Shown: piece after piece, positions 19,228-32,276 of the stretch
How positions within the stretch are numbered: the first letter of the stretch is position 1
How the letters are laid out: every line of letters starts with the position of its first letter
Assembly: GCA_947491475.1 (NCBI GenBank)
Contig: CANLKN010000002.1
Coordinates: forward strand, 6,956-70,955
Length of the DNA stretch: 64,000 nucleotides
Direction: 5' to 3'
Source of the DNA: Akkermansiaceae bacterium
GTDB lineage: Bacteria > Verrucomicrobiota > Verrucomicrobiia > Verrucomicrobiales > Akkermansiaceae
Made by a program: the position numbers and the translations under genes
The notes under the pieces: model-generated
What the model was told of the DNA's origin: nothing
The model's database searches: none
Seen by the model: only the letters and a program-made list of their open reading frames with translations

Positions 19228-19352
19228 ACCCGGAAATCCTGAAAAAAATGGAACTTTATTGGGTTGCAGACTTATTCGTATTTTTTATTTTAGAAATTCC
19301 TTTACAATAAGAGTCGCATCTAGGAATGAAGGATAAAGAATTACCGATTGCC

Positions 19353-19946
19353 ATGAAAACACACCATAGCACCCGTTTTTTAGGACTTCTTTGTGCTGCC
19401 GCCTTGTCGTCTTGCGCAAACAATCCCGAGCCCAACCGCTTGCCGGTTGCGGCGACCATCAACTCATCAACACCCGCCATCCACCGGCAGAACGACAAGT
19501 CGCTCAGGGGGCAATTGTTCGACGATGTGAATTCCTACCGCCGCAGCAAAGGTGCATCGGCAGTCCAGCGTCATTCAGGCCTCGACCGGCTCGCTCAAAA
19601 CCATTGCGAATACCTTCTGCGCAACCGCGGGACTTTCTCGCTTTATGGGAAAAATGTCAGCCACTACGGCTTGGAAGGGCGAGCCACGGTTGCGCGCGAG
19701 CGTTTTCAGATGTCCGCCTGTAGTGAGAACGTGGCCGCGGCGAACAATCCGGGCAGCGCGGCTTCCCCCATAATCCTCGAACTTTGGAAAAAATCCAAAG
19801 ACCACCATGAAAACATGATCGATAAGTGGACCCATAGCGGCATCGGAGTCGTCGTGGATTCCGATGGCACGGTCTTTGCGACCCAGATGTTCGCAACGAT
19901 CACTTATTCCCAAATGTCCATGCGCGAGCGGATGAATGGTTTCTGA
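19353..19946 (+). CDS. CAP/SCP-domain lipoprotein
   Basis: Lipobox LSSC, VNSYRR, AQNHC, ENVA, W..S..HHENM, GIGV. Confidence 0.88.
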   Translation: MKTHHSTRFLGLLCAAALSSCANNPEPNRLPVAATINSSTPAIHRQNDKSLRGQLFDDVNSYRRSKGASAVQRHSGLDRLAQNHCEYLLRNRGTFSLYGKNVSHYGLEGRATVARERFQMSACSENVAAANNPGSAASPIILELWKKSKDHHENMIDKWTHSGIGVVVDSDGTVFATQMFATITYSQMSMRERMNGF

Positions 19947-19949
19947 AGC

Positions 19950-20573
19950 GTGCCCGATCTATCCTACGAATCCGATCTTCACGCCCGCGGCTTGCAGCGC
20001 ATTGCGGGCGTGGATGAGGCCGGCCGGGGGCCGCTCGCCGGACCGGTGGCCGCAGCAGCGGTCATCCTGCCGCGTGGTTTTTCCTGCCCTGGCTTGGACG
20101 ATTCTAAAAAACTCAGCGCCGCCAAACGCGAGGCTCTCTACGCCGATCTCACCGGAAACCCGCAGGTCGTCTGGTCGGTGGCCACGGCGGATTGCCTGGA
20201 AATCGACCGTCTCAACATCCTTCGAGCCACCCACTTGGCGATGCGCCGGGCGGTTGAGATGCTCGTTCCGCCGCCGGATCATTGCCTGATCGATGGCCTG
20301 CCGGTGCGCGGTTTTCCGCTGCCTTACGACGCCATCGTCAAGGGCGACGGTCTCTCGCTCTCGATCGCCGCCGCGAGCATCATCGCCAAGGTCACCCGCG
20401 ATCGTATCATGCGCGGGCTCGACCGCGAGTTTCCGCAATTCGGCTTTGCCCGGCATCAGGGATATGGCACCAAGGAGCATCTTGAAGCGCTTCGGATACA
20501 CGGCCCTTGTCGCCATCATCGTCGCTCGTTTCAGCCGGTGGCTCAACTCGCCCTGCCGCTTGACGGAGCCTGA
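19950..20573 (+). CDS. rnhB: Ribonuclease HII
   Basis: GVDEAGRGPLAGPV, DSKKL, IAAASIIAKVTRD. Confidence 0.97.
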   Translation: MPDLSYESDLHARGLQRIAGVDEAGRGPLAGPVAAAAVILPRGFSCPGLDDSKKLSAAKREALYADLTGNPQVVWSVATADCLEIDRLNILRATHLAMRRAVEMLVPPPDHCLIDGLPVRGFPLPYDAIVKGDGLSLSIAAASIIAKVTRDRIMRGLDREFPQFGFARHQGYGTKEHLEALRIHGPCRHHRRSFQPVAQLALPLDGA

Positions 20574-20940
20574 CGGCACGCCACGCAGCCGAAAATGGAT
20601 CGGCGAATACGGCGAAAAGACCGCCGCCGATTTTCTCCGCGCGCATGGCTGCCGGATTCTCGCCCGGAACTTCAAGGGTCGGCGCGGCGGCGAGGTGGAC
20701 ATTATCGCCCGCGATGGAAAACTCCTGCTCTTTGTGGAAGTGAAAACCCGCCGCAAGGACGCGAAAATCCGCCCGCTCGATGCGGTGGACAAACCAAAGC
20801 AGGCGCTCATCGAGCGCGGCGCCAACGCCTGGCTCAAGCGCCTCGGCACCCGCGAGCTGCCATGGCGATTCGATGTGATCGAAGTCTGGCTGGAAGAGGG
20901 CGAAACGCCGCGCATCAACCACGTGCGGGATGCGTTCTGA
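20560..20940 (+). CDS. YraN family putative endonuclease
   Basis: GEVDIIA, FVEVKTR, RFDVIEV; typical position after rnhB. Confidence 0.92.
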   Translation: MTEPDGTPRSRKWIGEYGEKTAADFLRAHGCRILARNFKGRRGGEVDIIARDGKLLLFVEVKTRRKDAKIRPLDAVDKPKQALIERGANAWLKRLGTRELPWRFDVIEVWLEEGETPRINHVRDAF

Positions 20941-20945
20941 AAAAT

Positions 20946-22211
20946 TCACGCCATCGCCTTGCGGACTTCATCGGCGATGATGCTCAGGCCGTCGCGCACG
21001 ACCGACTCGTCCATCGCATAGGAAACGCGGATGCATTCCTCGCGGTGTTTCCACTCCGGATCATCGAGGCCGTAGAAGAAGTATCCGCCCGGGATCACCA
21101 GCACGCCGCGTTGCTTGAGACGCTGGTATAAGTCCTTGGAGCTAATTCGGAGCCCCGGGAACCAGAACCACAGGAAAATGGCACCCTCGCTGCGGTGCAC
21201 CGCCCACTCGATCCCGTCGCCAATTGCTTCGGTAGCAGCCTTGAGCGCGAGGTCGCGCTTTTCCTGATAGAACGGCCGCACCACTTCGCGGCTGAGGCGC
21301 AGGATTTCTCCGGACTCGACCAGCGGCAGCATGATTTGCTGGCCGATGTTTGGATTGGAAAGACCGACGATCGCGCTCATCGAGCCGAGCGCACGGATAA
21401 TTTCCGGCGGACCGATCACAATGCCGGTGCGCGCGCCGGGAAGGCCGATTTTCGAGAGGCTGTAAGTGAGCACGCAGTGCGGCCGCCAGAATGGCGTGGC
21501 ATCTTCGAAGATAATACCGGGAAAAGGCGCACCGTAGGCGTTGTCGATGATCAACGGGATGCCGTGGCGCTCGGCGAGATCGGACAAACGCGCGATCTCC
21601 TCGTCGGTAAGCACATTGCCGGAGGGATTGGTCGGCCGTGAGGCGCAGATCGCGGCGACGTCCGGTGTGATTTCCAAACGCTCGAAATCCACGTGGTATT
21701 TGAATTCATGCGGCCCGGTTTTTTCGATCAGCGGCGGGATGGCATGGAACATGCAGCCGTCGATGCCCTGATCCGAGTAGCCGATGTATTCCGGCACCAG
21801 CGGCAGCAGGATTTTCCTGCGCGAACCATCCGGCATGCGTCCGGCGAGCAGGTTGAAGAGCAGGAAAAACGCGGTTTGTCCGCCGCTGGTGACGGCGATG
21901 TTTTCCGGGCCGATTTCCCAGCCGAAGGTGTTGCGGAAAAGCCGGGCAATGGCTTCCAGAAAGCGCGGATTTCCCTGCGGCGGATCGTAAATCGTCAACG
22001 CACGGTCCAACCCGCCGGCTTCCTCCAACATCTCGTCGAGCCGCCGCTGCCAGACGGCATTCATCCCGGGAATGCGCGCCGGTTGGCCGCCTCCCAGCAT
22101 CTTGAGGTCCGGTCCGCCGCTGGCCAGGGCGTGGCCGAGATCGTCCATCAATTCGCCGATTCCACTGCCGCCGCCAAGGTGTTGACCAAATTTTGAAAAT
22201 TCGTATGACAT
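20946..22211 (-). CDS. avtA: Valine--pyruvate aminotransferase
   Basis: FSKFGQ..SGIGELMDDL, SRPTNPSGN, DNAYG, SLSKIGLPGARTG. Confidence 0.92.
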   Translation of the reverse strand: MSYEFSKFGQHLGGGSGIGELMDDLGHALASGGPDLKMLGGGQPARIPGMNAVWQRRLDEMLEEAGGLDRALTIYDPPQGNPRFLEAIARLFRNTFGWEIGPENIAVTSGGQTAFFLLFNLLAGRMPDGSRRKILLPLVPEYIGYSDQGIDGCMFHAIPPLIEKTGPHEFKYHVDFERLEITPDVAAICASRPTNPSGNVLTDEEIARLSDLAERHGIPLIIDNAYGAPFPGIIFEDATPFWRPHCVLTYSLSKIGLPGARTGIVIGPPEIIRALGSMSAIVGLSNPNIGQQIMLPLVESGEILRLSREVVRPFYQEKRDLALKAATEAIGDGIEWAVHRSEGAIFLWFWFPGLRISSKDLYQRLKQRGVLVIPGGYFFYGLDDPEWKHREECIRVSYAMDESVVRDGLSIIADEVRKAMA

Positions 22212-22268
22212 CGCCGGATGCCGTGTTCTAGTCTGCCGCCCCCCGAACCAACAACCTCATAAACCACC

Positions 22269-22760
22269 ATGTCCATCAAAGTAGGCGATAAAGCCCCAGA
22301 CTTCACCCTCGTCACCAAATCCGCCGAGGGCCCGCAGCTCGTAAAACTGAGCGACCTCATCGGAAAATCCAACATCGTGCTGCTGTTCGTGCCGATGGCA
22401 TTCACCGGGGTCTGCACCACCGAGTTCTGCGAAATTTCCGCCGGCATCAAGGATTACGAAGACCTCGATGCCAAAGTGCTCGGCATTTCCGGCGACAACC
22501 CGTTCGCCCAAGCCGCATGGGCTGAAAAGGAAGGCATCACCATTCCGCTGCTCAGCGACTACGAACACGCGGTGGCCAAGGCCTACGGCGTGGCTTACGA
22601 GCAGTTCCTGCCCGAGGCCAACCTCATCATGGGCGGCGTGGCCAAACGCTCCGCCTTCGTCATCGATAAAAACGGCGTCGTGCAATACGCCGAAGTTCAG
22701 GATCATCCGAAGGATCTGCCGGACTTCAACGCCGTGAAGGCAACACTGGGTGCGCTGTAA
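22269..22760 (+). CDS. Peroxiredoxin (AhpC/TSA family)
   Basis: GDKAPDF, PMAFTGVCTTEFC (PxxxTxxC), RSAFVID. Confidence 0.92.
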   Translation: MSIKVGDKAPDFTLVTKSAEGPQLVKLSDLIGKSNIVLLFVPMAFTGVCTTEFCEISAGIKDYEDLDAKVLGISGDNPFAQAAWAEKEGITIPLLSDYEHAVAKAYGVAYEQFLPEANLIMGGVAKRSAFVIDKNGVVQYAEVQDHPKDLPDFNAVKATLGAL

Positions 22761-22810
22761 ACCATTGCCTTAAGGATTGTTGCCGAACATCGGTGGATTC
22801 AAATCCACCG

Positions 22811-24464
22811 ATGTTCCACATCCCATCCATCCCGGCCTTGAAAACCCTGCTCACGCTTCTCGCATTGCTGCTCACGGCAGCGAGCCCCTTGCATGCAGCC
22901 GCGCTTCGCCTGGCCAATCTGTTCACGGATCACACGGTGCTGCAACGCGGCCTCCCCGCGCCGGTCTGGGGCCGGGCGGATCCGGGTGAGGCGATCCGCG
23001 TTGAGTTCGCCGGACAAACAAAATCCACCACCGCGGATGCGGAGGGCCGCTGGCTCGTCCGGCTGGATGCGATGCCCGCCAGTGCGGAGGGCCGCACGCT
23101 GACGATCCGCTCCGTGGCTCCGGATCGGAAATCTATCATTAGTGATGTGCTCGTCGGCGATGTCTGGCTGTGCACCGGCCAATCGAACATGGGCATTCCG
23201 ATGAACGTGCCGGGCAACGAAATCCTCCAGCGCGCGATCCGCGTTGCGGGCAACCCGATGCTCCGGCTCTATCAGACCGTGCATCAGTTTCCCGAAAAAC
23301 CCGCCGCCGAAACCGATGGCTCATGGCGCTTGGCGGAACCCGGCAGCGTGCGTGATTTCATCGCCATTGGATATATTTTCGGCAACCGCATCCAACGCGA
23401 AACGGGCGTGCCCGTGGGCATCATCAGCGCGGCGATGGGTGGCACCTGGATTGAAAACTGGATTCCGCGCGAGGTGCTCGATGCGAATCCGCTGAACCGG
23501 CCATTTATCGAGAGATATGAAGCAACCCTGCCAAAGCTGCCTGAGTTGATAGCGAAGTATGAAGCGGAACTCGCCGACTTCCAGAAGCGCTTTCCCACTC
23601 CGCGCGACCTCGAGGAGAAAAACGAGGCGCGCAAGGCACGCAACGAAGGCCCGCTGGCCGCGCCGCGCGCGCCGGTGGGCCCCGGCCATCACAATGTGCC
23701 GTCCGCCTGTTTCAACGGCAAGATCGCGCCTCTCGCACCGCTGGCGATCAAGGGCGTGCTCTGGTATCAGGGCGAGGGCAATGTCTGGGGCTTCGATGCC
23801 TACCCCAGCCAGATGGCCGATCTGATGCGCTCATGGCGCGCGCTCTTTGAGCAACCCGCACTGCCGTTCATCATGACCGAGCTCGCACCGTTCGGTGAGC
23901 CATCAGCAACACCGCAGGACAGCCCGCGGGCGCTTCGGCGAGGCGCTGGCCAAGACCGCGAAAGCGGACGATCATGCGTGGGTCATTACCATCATCGATG
24001 GCGGCGACCCTCTCGACATCCATCCGCCGAAAAAGGAAATCCCGGGTGAACGCTTCGCCGCCATGGCGCTGCGCAAAGTATATGATATCTCTGGCATCGC
24101 GCACGGACCGGTGCTCGATTCCTGGAAGGCTCAAGCAGGCAAGGCCATCCTCAAGTTCACTTCGGTCGGCAGCGGGCTGTTGGTGAAGGATGTCGATGCA
24201 GGCGGTCACGCGGTGAAAGCCGATCGCTTGCAGGGATTCGAGCTCGCGGGAGAAGACCGCCGGTTTTACCGGGCCACGGCGGAGTTGCAGGGAGATGACA
24301 CCGTGGTGCTGAGCGCTGCGGAAGTGCCACAGCCGCTTGCCGTGCGTTATGCATGGGCCGCCTTCCCGCTTTGCAATCTCTTCAATCAAGAGGGCTTCGC
24401 CGCCTATCCCTTCCGCACCGACGACTGGCCGTTTCCCACACCTGCTGAAGTCGGGGCTAGGTGA
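22811..24464 (+). pseudogene. Sialate O-acetylesterase family protein, frameshift near 23930
   Basis: FTDHTVLQR, GDVWLCTGQSNM and GVLWYQGE in ORF 22793; DIHPPKK, AVRYAW and PFRTDDW in ORF 23895 in another frame. Confidence 0.85.
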
Positions 24465-24477
24465 GTTATGCCCTTGT

Positions 24478-26627
24478 TCACTGGCTGGAGCCTGTGGGTT
24501 CGGCCCTCCCTGCTGCGGCGACTTGCTCCGGGGCAACCTGTTCCAAGCCGATCTCCGCAGCCGGTGGCAGGGTCCCATCGATGGCGTGCTTTGCAGCCGC
24601 GTTCTCCAGGGACTTCGCCATTTCGCGATACAGGTCGCGGTGCTTGAGGTATAACATGCTGCTTTGGGCCAGCCCGGCATCCTTCAAGCGCGGTGCCCAT
24701 AGCCCGCGCATGGTTTCGTCCAGAATTTCGAGATCGACGGCGAGCGCTTCCAGCAGGGCGCGCGCATCCTGGAGCGCTGCGTTCACCATGACCGGATGGT
24801 TCCTGAGAGCGAGGGCCTGCTGGTAGGAGTCGCGGGCGGATTGCATGTAAAGCAGGCGGCGCGCGAGATAATGCCGCTTGCGTGAGGCATACTCCAAGAC
24901 CGGCAGAACCTCGCGGTTGGCTTCTGCCGAGACGGACCGCGCGGCCAGCAAGCGGTCGGCCTGATCGGTCACAGCCAGAATCCGGTTGGCGGCGCGGGCA
25001 AGCTGATCGCGTGAAAACATGTGAAAGCCCCGCTGCCCGAGAAACACCCTGTCGATCTCCATCGCGTAATCCTGCGTCTGTGGATTTTCATGAAAGAAAT
25101 CCCTGCTGCGCATCCAGACGGCTTCGGGCCATTCGCGGCGCAGGATTTCATTCGGCTCGCCCAGCAAACGGAAAACCTTGCCCAGATCCGCCCCTTCCGC
25201 GCGGAAGAAAACCTTCGCGAAACGCGCATCGAAAACCTCCGCCTGCCGCAGCGAAGCATCGCCCGACCATGCCGCGTCGGCACCATAGGCTAAACCATGC
25301 CAGCCGATGTCGATAAAACCCTGATAGGGAAATTCCCAGTTGGTGTTGAGGAAGCCGATCGCACCGTGCTTCTTGCCTGCGGCGGTGAACAGCTCGATGT
25401 TCCTGGTGATCGACTCCGTATCGACGAACTCCCAATCATGGCAGACGGTGGTCGGACAAATGAAGACATCGAGGCCCTGCTTGCGGAACCACTCCACGCT
25501 CGGGTAGCCGTCGGTCTGCGGTGTGTAGTGCCAATCGTAGATGATGACATCCCTGGGGATCTTGCCCTCCACATCCTGCTTGTGTTTGAGCAGCATGTCG
25601 CCCCAGCACCGAGGCGCTTGCCTTCGGGCAGTAGTTTTTGCAGCCGCTTGATATGTTCGACAAGCACGCCGCCAACACCGATTTGCGCGGCTTGATCCTT
25701 GGTTGCGCCCAAGCCCAAATCATCAGCTTCGTCACAACCGGCGTGGAAAAATTTCGATGGAGCCACGGCAAACCAATCGGCATACATGTCGCCGAGAAGT
25801 TCATAAGTCTGCGGGTGGGCCGGGCTCAGCGTCCACAGGAAATGACAGCCGGGGATCGGCTCCTGCGATTCGGCGAGATGAGTGTATTGCGGCAGGCGCA
25901 ACAAGTCCGGCTGATGGCCGAGCGATTGTTGAATGGGCACGATATCGACATGATAGCGCTTGCCGAAGGCCACGAGCTCCCTCACGTCGTCCGGTGAAAG
26001 GCTGTAGTCGGGAGAAATCCCAGGATGCTTCGAATATTGGAAAGCGTTTTCCACATAGAGATAGAATTGATTGTATTTGAAGTCCGCCAAGCCGCGGATG
26101 AAACGCTTGAGCGCCGCCGTTTGCATGATCTGGCTGCGCGTGTCGTGCTGAGAGGCGCGATAACGGATGTCAGGCCAGTCGGTGATGACAAGGGCCGGAA
26201 TCCGGCCGGGCGCGCGCTGGTTGTCGATGATCTGAAGCAAAGTGCGCGTGCCGTAAAACACGGCTTCCGCGTCCACGCCTTCGATGCGAATGCCATCGGC
26301 CCCGGCAGTCAGTCGATAGGCTTGGCCGGCGGCCGCGGGCGCGCCGTCGATGGTGGGCGTGAGCGCCAGCGCAATTTTGAGCCGCTCCTCGGATTTAAGG
26401 TGGGCAAGGCGGGGGGTAAGGTCTTCGGTGAGCACGTCCGCTTCGTTTTTCAAAACCGGGTCCTCGATCGCGATGTCGAGCACCGAACCCAGCTGACAAT
26501 CCCCTGCGGCGGGCTGGATCGTTTTCGGTTGGGGAAGGAGTTTCAGATCCGGTTCTGCCGCAGCGTGTATGGCCGGGCTGGTGAGCAGGAACAGCAATCC
26601 AAGCGCTTTTTTCAATGTCTCTGTCAT
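24478..26627 (-). pseudogene. GH20 beta-N-acetylhexosaminidase-like protein, frameshift near 25610
   Basis: Signal peptide, LLPQPK, FYGTRTLLQ, ITDWP, SLGH, FHAGCDE; continues as WGDMLL..DWHY..NTNWE in a second frame. Confidence 0.85.
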
Positions 26628-26789
26628 GTCATTTAGGGTGAAGCCGCAAGGCTCGTGGAGATACGCTTGGATTCGACATTCTTTTTCACAGGTTCCCGCC
26701 GAGCTGGGGCTCAGCGTTCCCAGCCCGGGTTGCTCGGGTGAAATCGGGCGATAGAAAGGCCAGCTTTCAGGCGTATGGTCCTGCGGCTC

Positions 26790-29700
26790 ATGAACCACCT
26801 TATCATCCGCTTTTTACCGCTGCTCGCCGCATTTTCGGCGGTGTCGCTGCTCCATGCCGATGATTTCAACCGAACGAATGTCGGCTACACCAATGATGGC
26901 GGAAAAATCGGCTGGTATTGGCAGGCCAGCGGCGCCGGCCACTGGTCGATCAAGGACCACCAGCTCTACGTGAACAATGCGGACCCCTCGCTCCAACAGG
27001 ACGACCAGACGCTTTACCACACCCGAGTTTCCCTGCAACCGGGCGACTGGAGCGCGTCCGTCGATGTGCGCAACGAAACCACCAACGGCTACGTGGGAAT
27101 GGCCTTCATGGTCCAGCCCGGCGGAACCAGTTTCTATCAGATCCGGCTGCGCTCCGGCAGCCGCCAGGTGCAGGTGCTCAAGAACAGCCCGGGCGGAGCC
27201 GTGGTGATCGATTCCAACGATGAGAGCTCGTCGGAAATTTTCTACACTACCAGTTTCTATACCATCAGTGTCACGTCCACGAGTGCCCATCAGTTCAACT
27301 GGAACATTGCCAATAGCTCGGGCAGTCAGGTGGCAGCCGGGCAATTCACTGATACAAGTTATACCAGCGGCCATGCCGGCGTCGTCAAGAATGCCGGGGA
27401 CGGAAACGTTGATATCGCACGCTTCGATAACTTTTACGTGAGTGAAATCACCGTGCCGCCGATCACGCAGCCGCACCCACGCCTGCTGGTCACAGCGGCG
27501 GACATCAGCGAGATCAAGGCTGACATCGCTGCCAGAGCGGTGCCGCGTTATTCCACATGGTTACAATTGAGAAACCGTGCGAATGCATGGAGCCTGGATC
27601 CCCCATCCGTCACCGCACCCTACACAGGGGAGGATGCCATGGTGTTCAATGGCGCGGCGAAGGGATCCGGCCACCGGTCCTCGAAAATGGCGCTGGCCTA
27701 TCTGCTCGACGGAAATCCCGCCCACGCCGCCAAAGCCAAGGAGATCCTGCTGGAATGGGCGCGGGCGACACCACGTCCGGGCACCCATTTTCCACCGGTG
27801 AACTCCACCAATTTTGGAGCCGGCATGCTGGTCGCTCGTGGGATCAATGGCTTCGTTTTCACCTATGATTATCTCTACAATGAATTCACTCCATCCGAGC
27901 GGGACGTCATCGAAAGCTGGTTCCGTGACATGCTGCCGATCATCCGCCGCTCCATCGAAACGTGGAACACGCCATTCATAAAGTCCGCGACCGATCCACG
28001 CGGCTATGTCGAGAGCTCCAATCTCGACGACATCTATTTCAGCGGCCAGCTCTATCAAAACCAGTCGGTGGCGCACACCACGGGCTACCTGCTCATCGGC
28101 TACGCGCTGGGCGACAGGGAGCTGGTCCAGTTTGCTTTGGACAGCAAGGAAAACCCACGCTCCTACCTGAACTTGTTCGAAGGCAACATCCTGATGGCCG
28201 GAGAATCCCCACCGGATGTCAATACGGTCGGTAATCCACCGGCTCAGGATGGCGAAATCTACGATCGCTACCGGCACGTCCAAGGCACCGGCCTGGGCTA
28301 TGCGGCACTCTCACTCCACCAGATGATGGCCATGAGCGAAGTATTATATATTAACGGAATCGATGTCTATTCGCGCACCGGAGCCCATGGTGAGACCTTG
28401 CGGAAGCCTTTTCAATTCTACGCGGATTTCTACCGCCTTGGAGACTCGTCCATCAAGGGCGGGTTCTACACCGGTGAGACCGTCACCGCAGGCAGCTTTC
28501 CTGCGGCGGTGTTCGAAGTCGCCAACAAACGCTATCCGGGAACTCCGGAAATCACCCTGCTTTTGAATTCCATCGACCGCGTCGCCGCCGATCCCGGTGG
28601 CTTTGTGGAAACCTACTTTTGCTACCCCACACTCACCCACGGCGTGGCGCACCCATCATGGACCGGCGCGCTCGGTTCCAACTTCGAAACCGCAGGAAAC
28701 TGGAACTCCGCCATTCCGGTCGACGACGCGGTTTCGCAGGTCGCTTTCTTCGATGGCACCCCGCAGAACATGCCGCAGTTGACCCGCCACCGCTCGCTTG
28801 CCGGCATGCATTTGCGCGGAGGAAACACGACCCTCAGCGCATCCGCCGGACAGGTCCTGACACTCGGTGCCCTGGGCATCGGCAATGGCGCGGCAGGCAC
28901 CGCGACTCACACCATCTCCGCCGCGCTGCACCTCGCCGCGCCCCAAAGCTGGAACGTGCCCTCCGGCAAGACTCTCACTGTTTCGGGGAACATCACCGGA
29001 ACCACGGGTCTCACAAAATCCGGAGTTGGCCGCCTCACCCTTTCCGGCGTGAACACTTACACCGGTGAAACGAACATCCGCGAGGGAGTTGTCACCATAT
29101 CAAACGCCGGTGCCCTCGGCGCGAGCGGCCCCGGCAATGGCACCATCGTTCACCCCGGCGCGAGAGTTGAGCTCAGATCCGCCAGCCCCGGCTATGCGGA
29201 GGCTTTCACTATTCATAACACCAGTAGCTTGGGTGCGATGCAATTCGTCAACAGCAACGTTCTCGTGAGCGGCAACATCACACTGGCGGACCATTCGAGA
29301 ATCACCGGCCGCTTCAATCGAATGACGGGCGCCATCAACCTCGGGGCTTATACCCTCACCGTCGCAAAAAATGCAGGCGATCCGGAAACCTGGAGCGCGG
29401 TGATCTCCGGCAGCGGCGGACTGACCATGGCCGGAGGCAACGCAACCACCAAACTCACCCTCACCGGCGCGAATACCTACACCGGAGACACCACGGTCAC
29501 CAGCGGCATCCTCGCCGTCAACGGATCCTCCATCGCCAACGGCAACAAACTCATCATCAACGGCGGCAAGGTCGAGGCGACCGGCACCGAGGTCGTGGGC
29601 TCGCTGGTTTTCGGCACGATCCAACAAATCCCCGGCAGTTATGGCTCCACCGCCTCCTCCGCCACTTACAAGGATGACACCCGCTTCGCCGGCAACGGAG

Positions 29701-30508
29701 TCATCCACGTCGCGCCTTACAGCTCACCAACGGCGGCTTTGAAGCCGGAGGCGTCATTTTCGGAGCTTCTCCATTCGGCTGGAACTCCACGATCGCGTCG
29801 GCAGGAACCGGTCAGTTTTTACCGGGCGGCGGTCCTCAAGTCCCGCTCAGCGGCTCGGTCGCCTACATGCAAACCGGCACCCAGATGTTCCAGACTTTCC
29901 TGGGTGTGAAACTGCTTCCGGACGCCACCTATCTCATCGCGTTCGACAGCTACATCTCCATGGGCTATGTGAATGAAACCACTCCCTATGCTTATCTGTT
30001 TGCCGATGTTTCTTACGGCAGGGGCGGCGGCGCAAGCAGCAGCTTCGGCGGCTACATCAAAGCGACCGATCTAACCGCTGGCACGACCTCGTTTTTCGCT
30101 CCACTCACGACCACTGCGAACCGATACGGCTATTCATTCTCCACAAAATCGGCCGCAGAAGGATTTGAAGGCACCAACATCAATCATGAAGCTCTCGACG
30201 TGGCGATCTACATGCAGCCCTCAACCGGATTTGGCGTGAATGCCACACAGTGCTACATCGACAACGTCTCGATAGTGGTGGCCGTACCTTCGGAAGACAC
30301 GGACCCGCCCGTATTGTCCATCTCCCGCTTCGGCAACAACGTGGTGCTTTCCTGGCCGGCGCACGTCTCAGGCTGGACGCTGGAAAGTTCCATCGGTCTG
30401 GGCATCAACGACGCATGGCATTCCTTCCCCGGTGTGGCGGCCAACAGCGTCACCGTGCCGCTCAACGGCAACCAGCAATTCTTCCGCCTCAAGAAAACGG
30501 ACCCGTGA
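26790..30508 (+). pseudogene. Secreted multidomain polysaccharide lyase-like protein (beta-sandwich, alginate-lyase-like helical domain, autotransporter-associated repeats, C-terminal domain), frameshift near 29715
   Basis: Signal peptide; HPRLLVT, ALAYLLDG..AKAKEILLEWA, GLGY; repeats LTKSGVGRLTLSGVNTYTGET and LTLTGANTYTGDT; continues QLTNGGFE...QQFFRLKK in a second frame. Confidence 0.75.
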
Positions 30509-30596
30509 CGATATCTCTTTCCACACAGGCGGGGCACCGGGTTTTTATTCCGTCTGAAAGTAGCCGAACAAGATTTTCCAACTCTCGAGCCACTTC

Positions 30597-32230
30597 ATGA
30601 AGAAAGAAATAACATGTATGACAAGCAGCACATTCCCATGGCACCGCATGGATGACGCTTCATCCCGTCCCGCCACGTCCCACTCAATTGCCTGCGGTTT
30701 TATTGCCGTCGTTTGCTTGCTTTTCCCATCCAGTGCCACATCGCGAGCTGCGGCCGATCCAGCCGTCACCTACGAGGCTTTCGGAGCGGTGGGCGATGGC
30801 AAGACCGACGACCTGCCCGCCATCAGCAAGGCGCACGAGCACGCCAACGCTCACGGCCTGCCGGTGCGCTCGAAACCGGATGCGACCTATCATCTCGGAC
30901 GCAAGGCGCTCACCGCCGTCATCGCAACCGACACCGATTGGGGCATGTCGCGCTTCATCATCGACGACAGCCGCGGCGTCGATAATCCCCACAAGCCGCT
31001 GTTCGAGGTGCGTTCCCTGCTGAAGCCGGTGCCACTCAAGATCGAGCGTCTGCACGCGGCCAGACCACACTGGACATCAGGCCACTGGCCGACTGCCTGG
31101 TGCATGTGGAAAACAACCAACGGCGTGTCTTCATCCGGCGCGGGCTGAACCAAAATAGCGGATCGATTCTGAAAGAAGTCTTCATCCTCCGCCGCGACGG
31201 AACCATCAAAGGTGGCATCGATTGGGATTACGAGACCGTCACAAAAGTCGTGGCGATGCCTATCGACGAAAAAACCTTGTTCATCCGCGGAGGAAATTTC
31301 ACCAACATTGCCAACCGGATGGGACCTGATGAAAAGCCCGACTACTGGAAACGCAACATCCAGATCACGCGTTCGAAAACCGTGGTGGAAGGAGTCACCC
31401 ACCGCGTCACCGGAGAAGCCGATTCCGGGAATCCATATCAAGGGTTTTTGAATGCAACCCGGTGCGCCTTTGTCTTACTTCACAATTGTGTGATCGACGC
31501 CAGGAAGTTCTATTACAAAATCGGCAGTGCCGGCAAACCCGTGCCCATGGGCACCTATGGCTACAGTGCGAGCCTCGTGATGGACTTCCGCATGATCGGA
31601 TGCCGGATGGGCAATGACATTCACGACCGCAGCCGCTGGGGCGTCACATGTACCGATTTCATGAAGAATTTCCTGGTCGAGGATTGTTTGCTTTCGCGTG
31701 TGGACGTGCATCAGGGCGTGTCCGGTTCTTATGTCATCCGGCGCTCCACGCTTGGCCATGGTGGTCTCAACGCCACGGGGCGCGGCCACTTGATCGTCGA
31801 GGATTCCACCTTGCATGGTCGGAATCTGATCTGTTTCCGCGAGGATTACGGCTCGACATGGGACGGCGAGGTAACCATCCGCAACAGCCGCTGGATTCCC
31901 CCCGCAGGCGCGGCGGCATACCCGGTGATGTTCGGAATGCAAAACGACGGCGGTCACGACTTCGGTTACCCTTGCTCGATGCCGAGCATGGTTCGCATCG
32001 ACGGCTTGTTCGTCGATGATTCGGGACGGGCTGGGGGCTACAAGGGCATCACGATCTTCAGCGATCCGGCTGGTTCCTCAAGTGACGCGGCGCAATTTCC
32101 CTACCGGCTCACCGAGAGGCTGGAAATCCGTGGACTTGAGACCGCCAGCGGCCTGCCACCGCGCGTCAGCGAAAACGCGGCTGTGGCCAAAGCCGTGAAA
32201 ATAGTGAATGATTCCCCGGCAGGTCCCTGA
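30597..32230 (+). pseudogene. Exported beta-helix (pectin lyase-like fold) protein, frameshift near 31053
   Basis: Signal-like hydrophobic stretch, then TYEAFGAVGDGKTDD; reading continues RGQTTLDIRPLADCLVHVEN in the frame of ORF 31100. Start uncertain. Confidence 0.7.
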
Positions 32231-32276
32231 TTTTCCAGATAGACAGTTAACTCAATATCACACACTCACCCCAATC

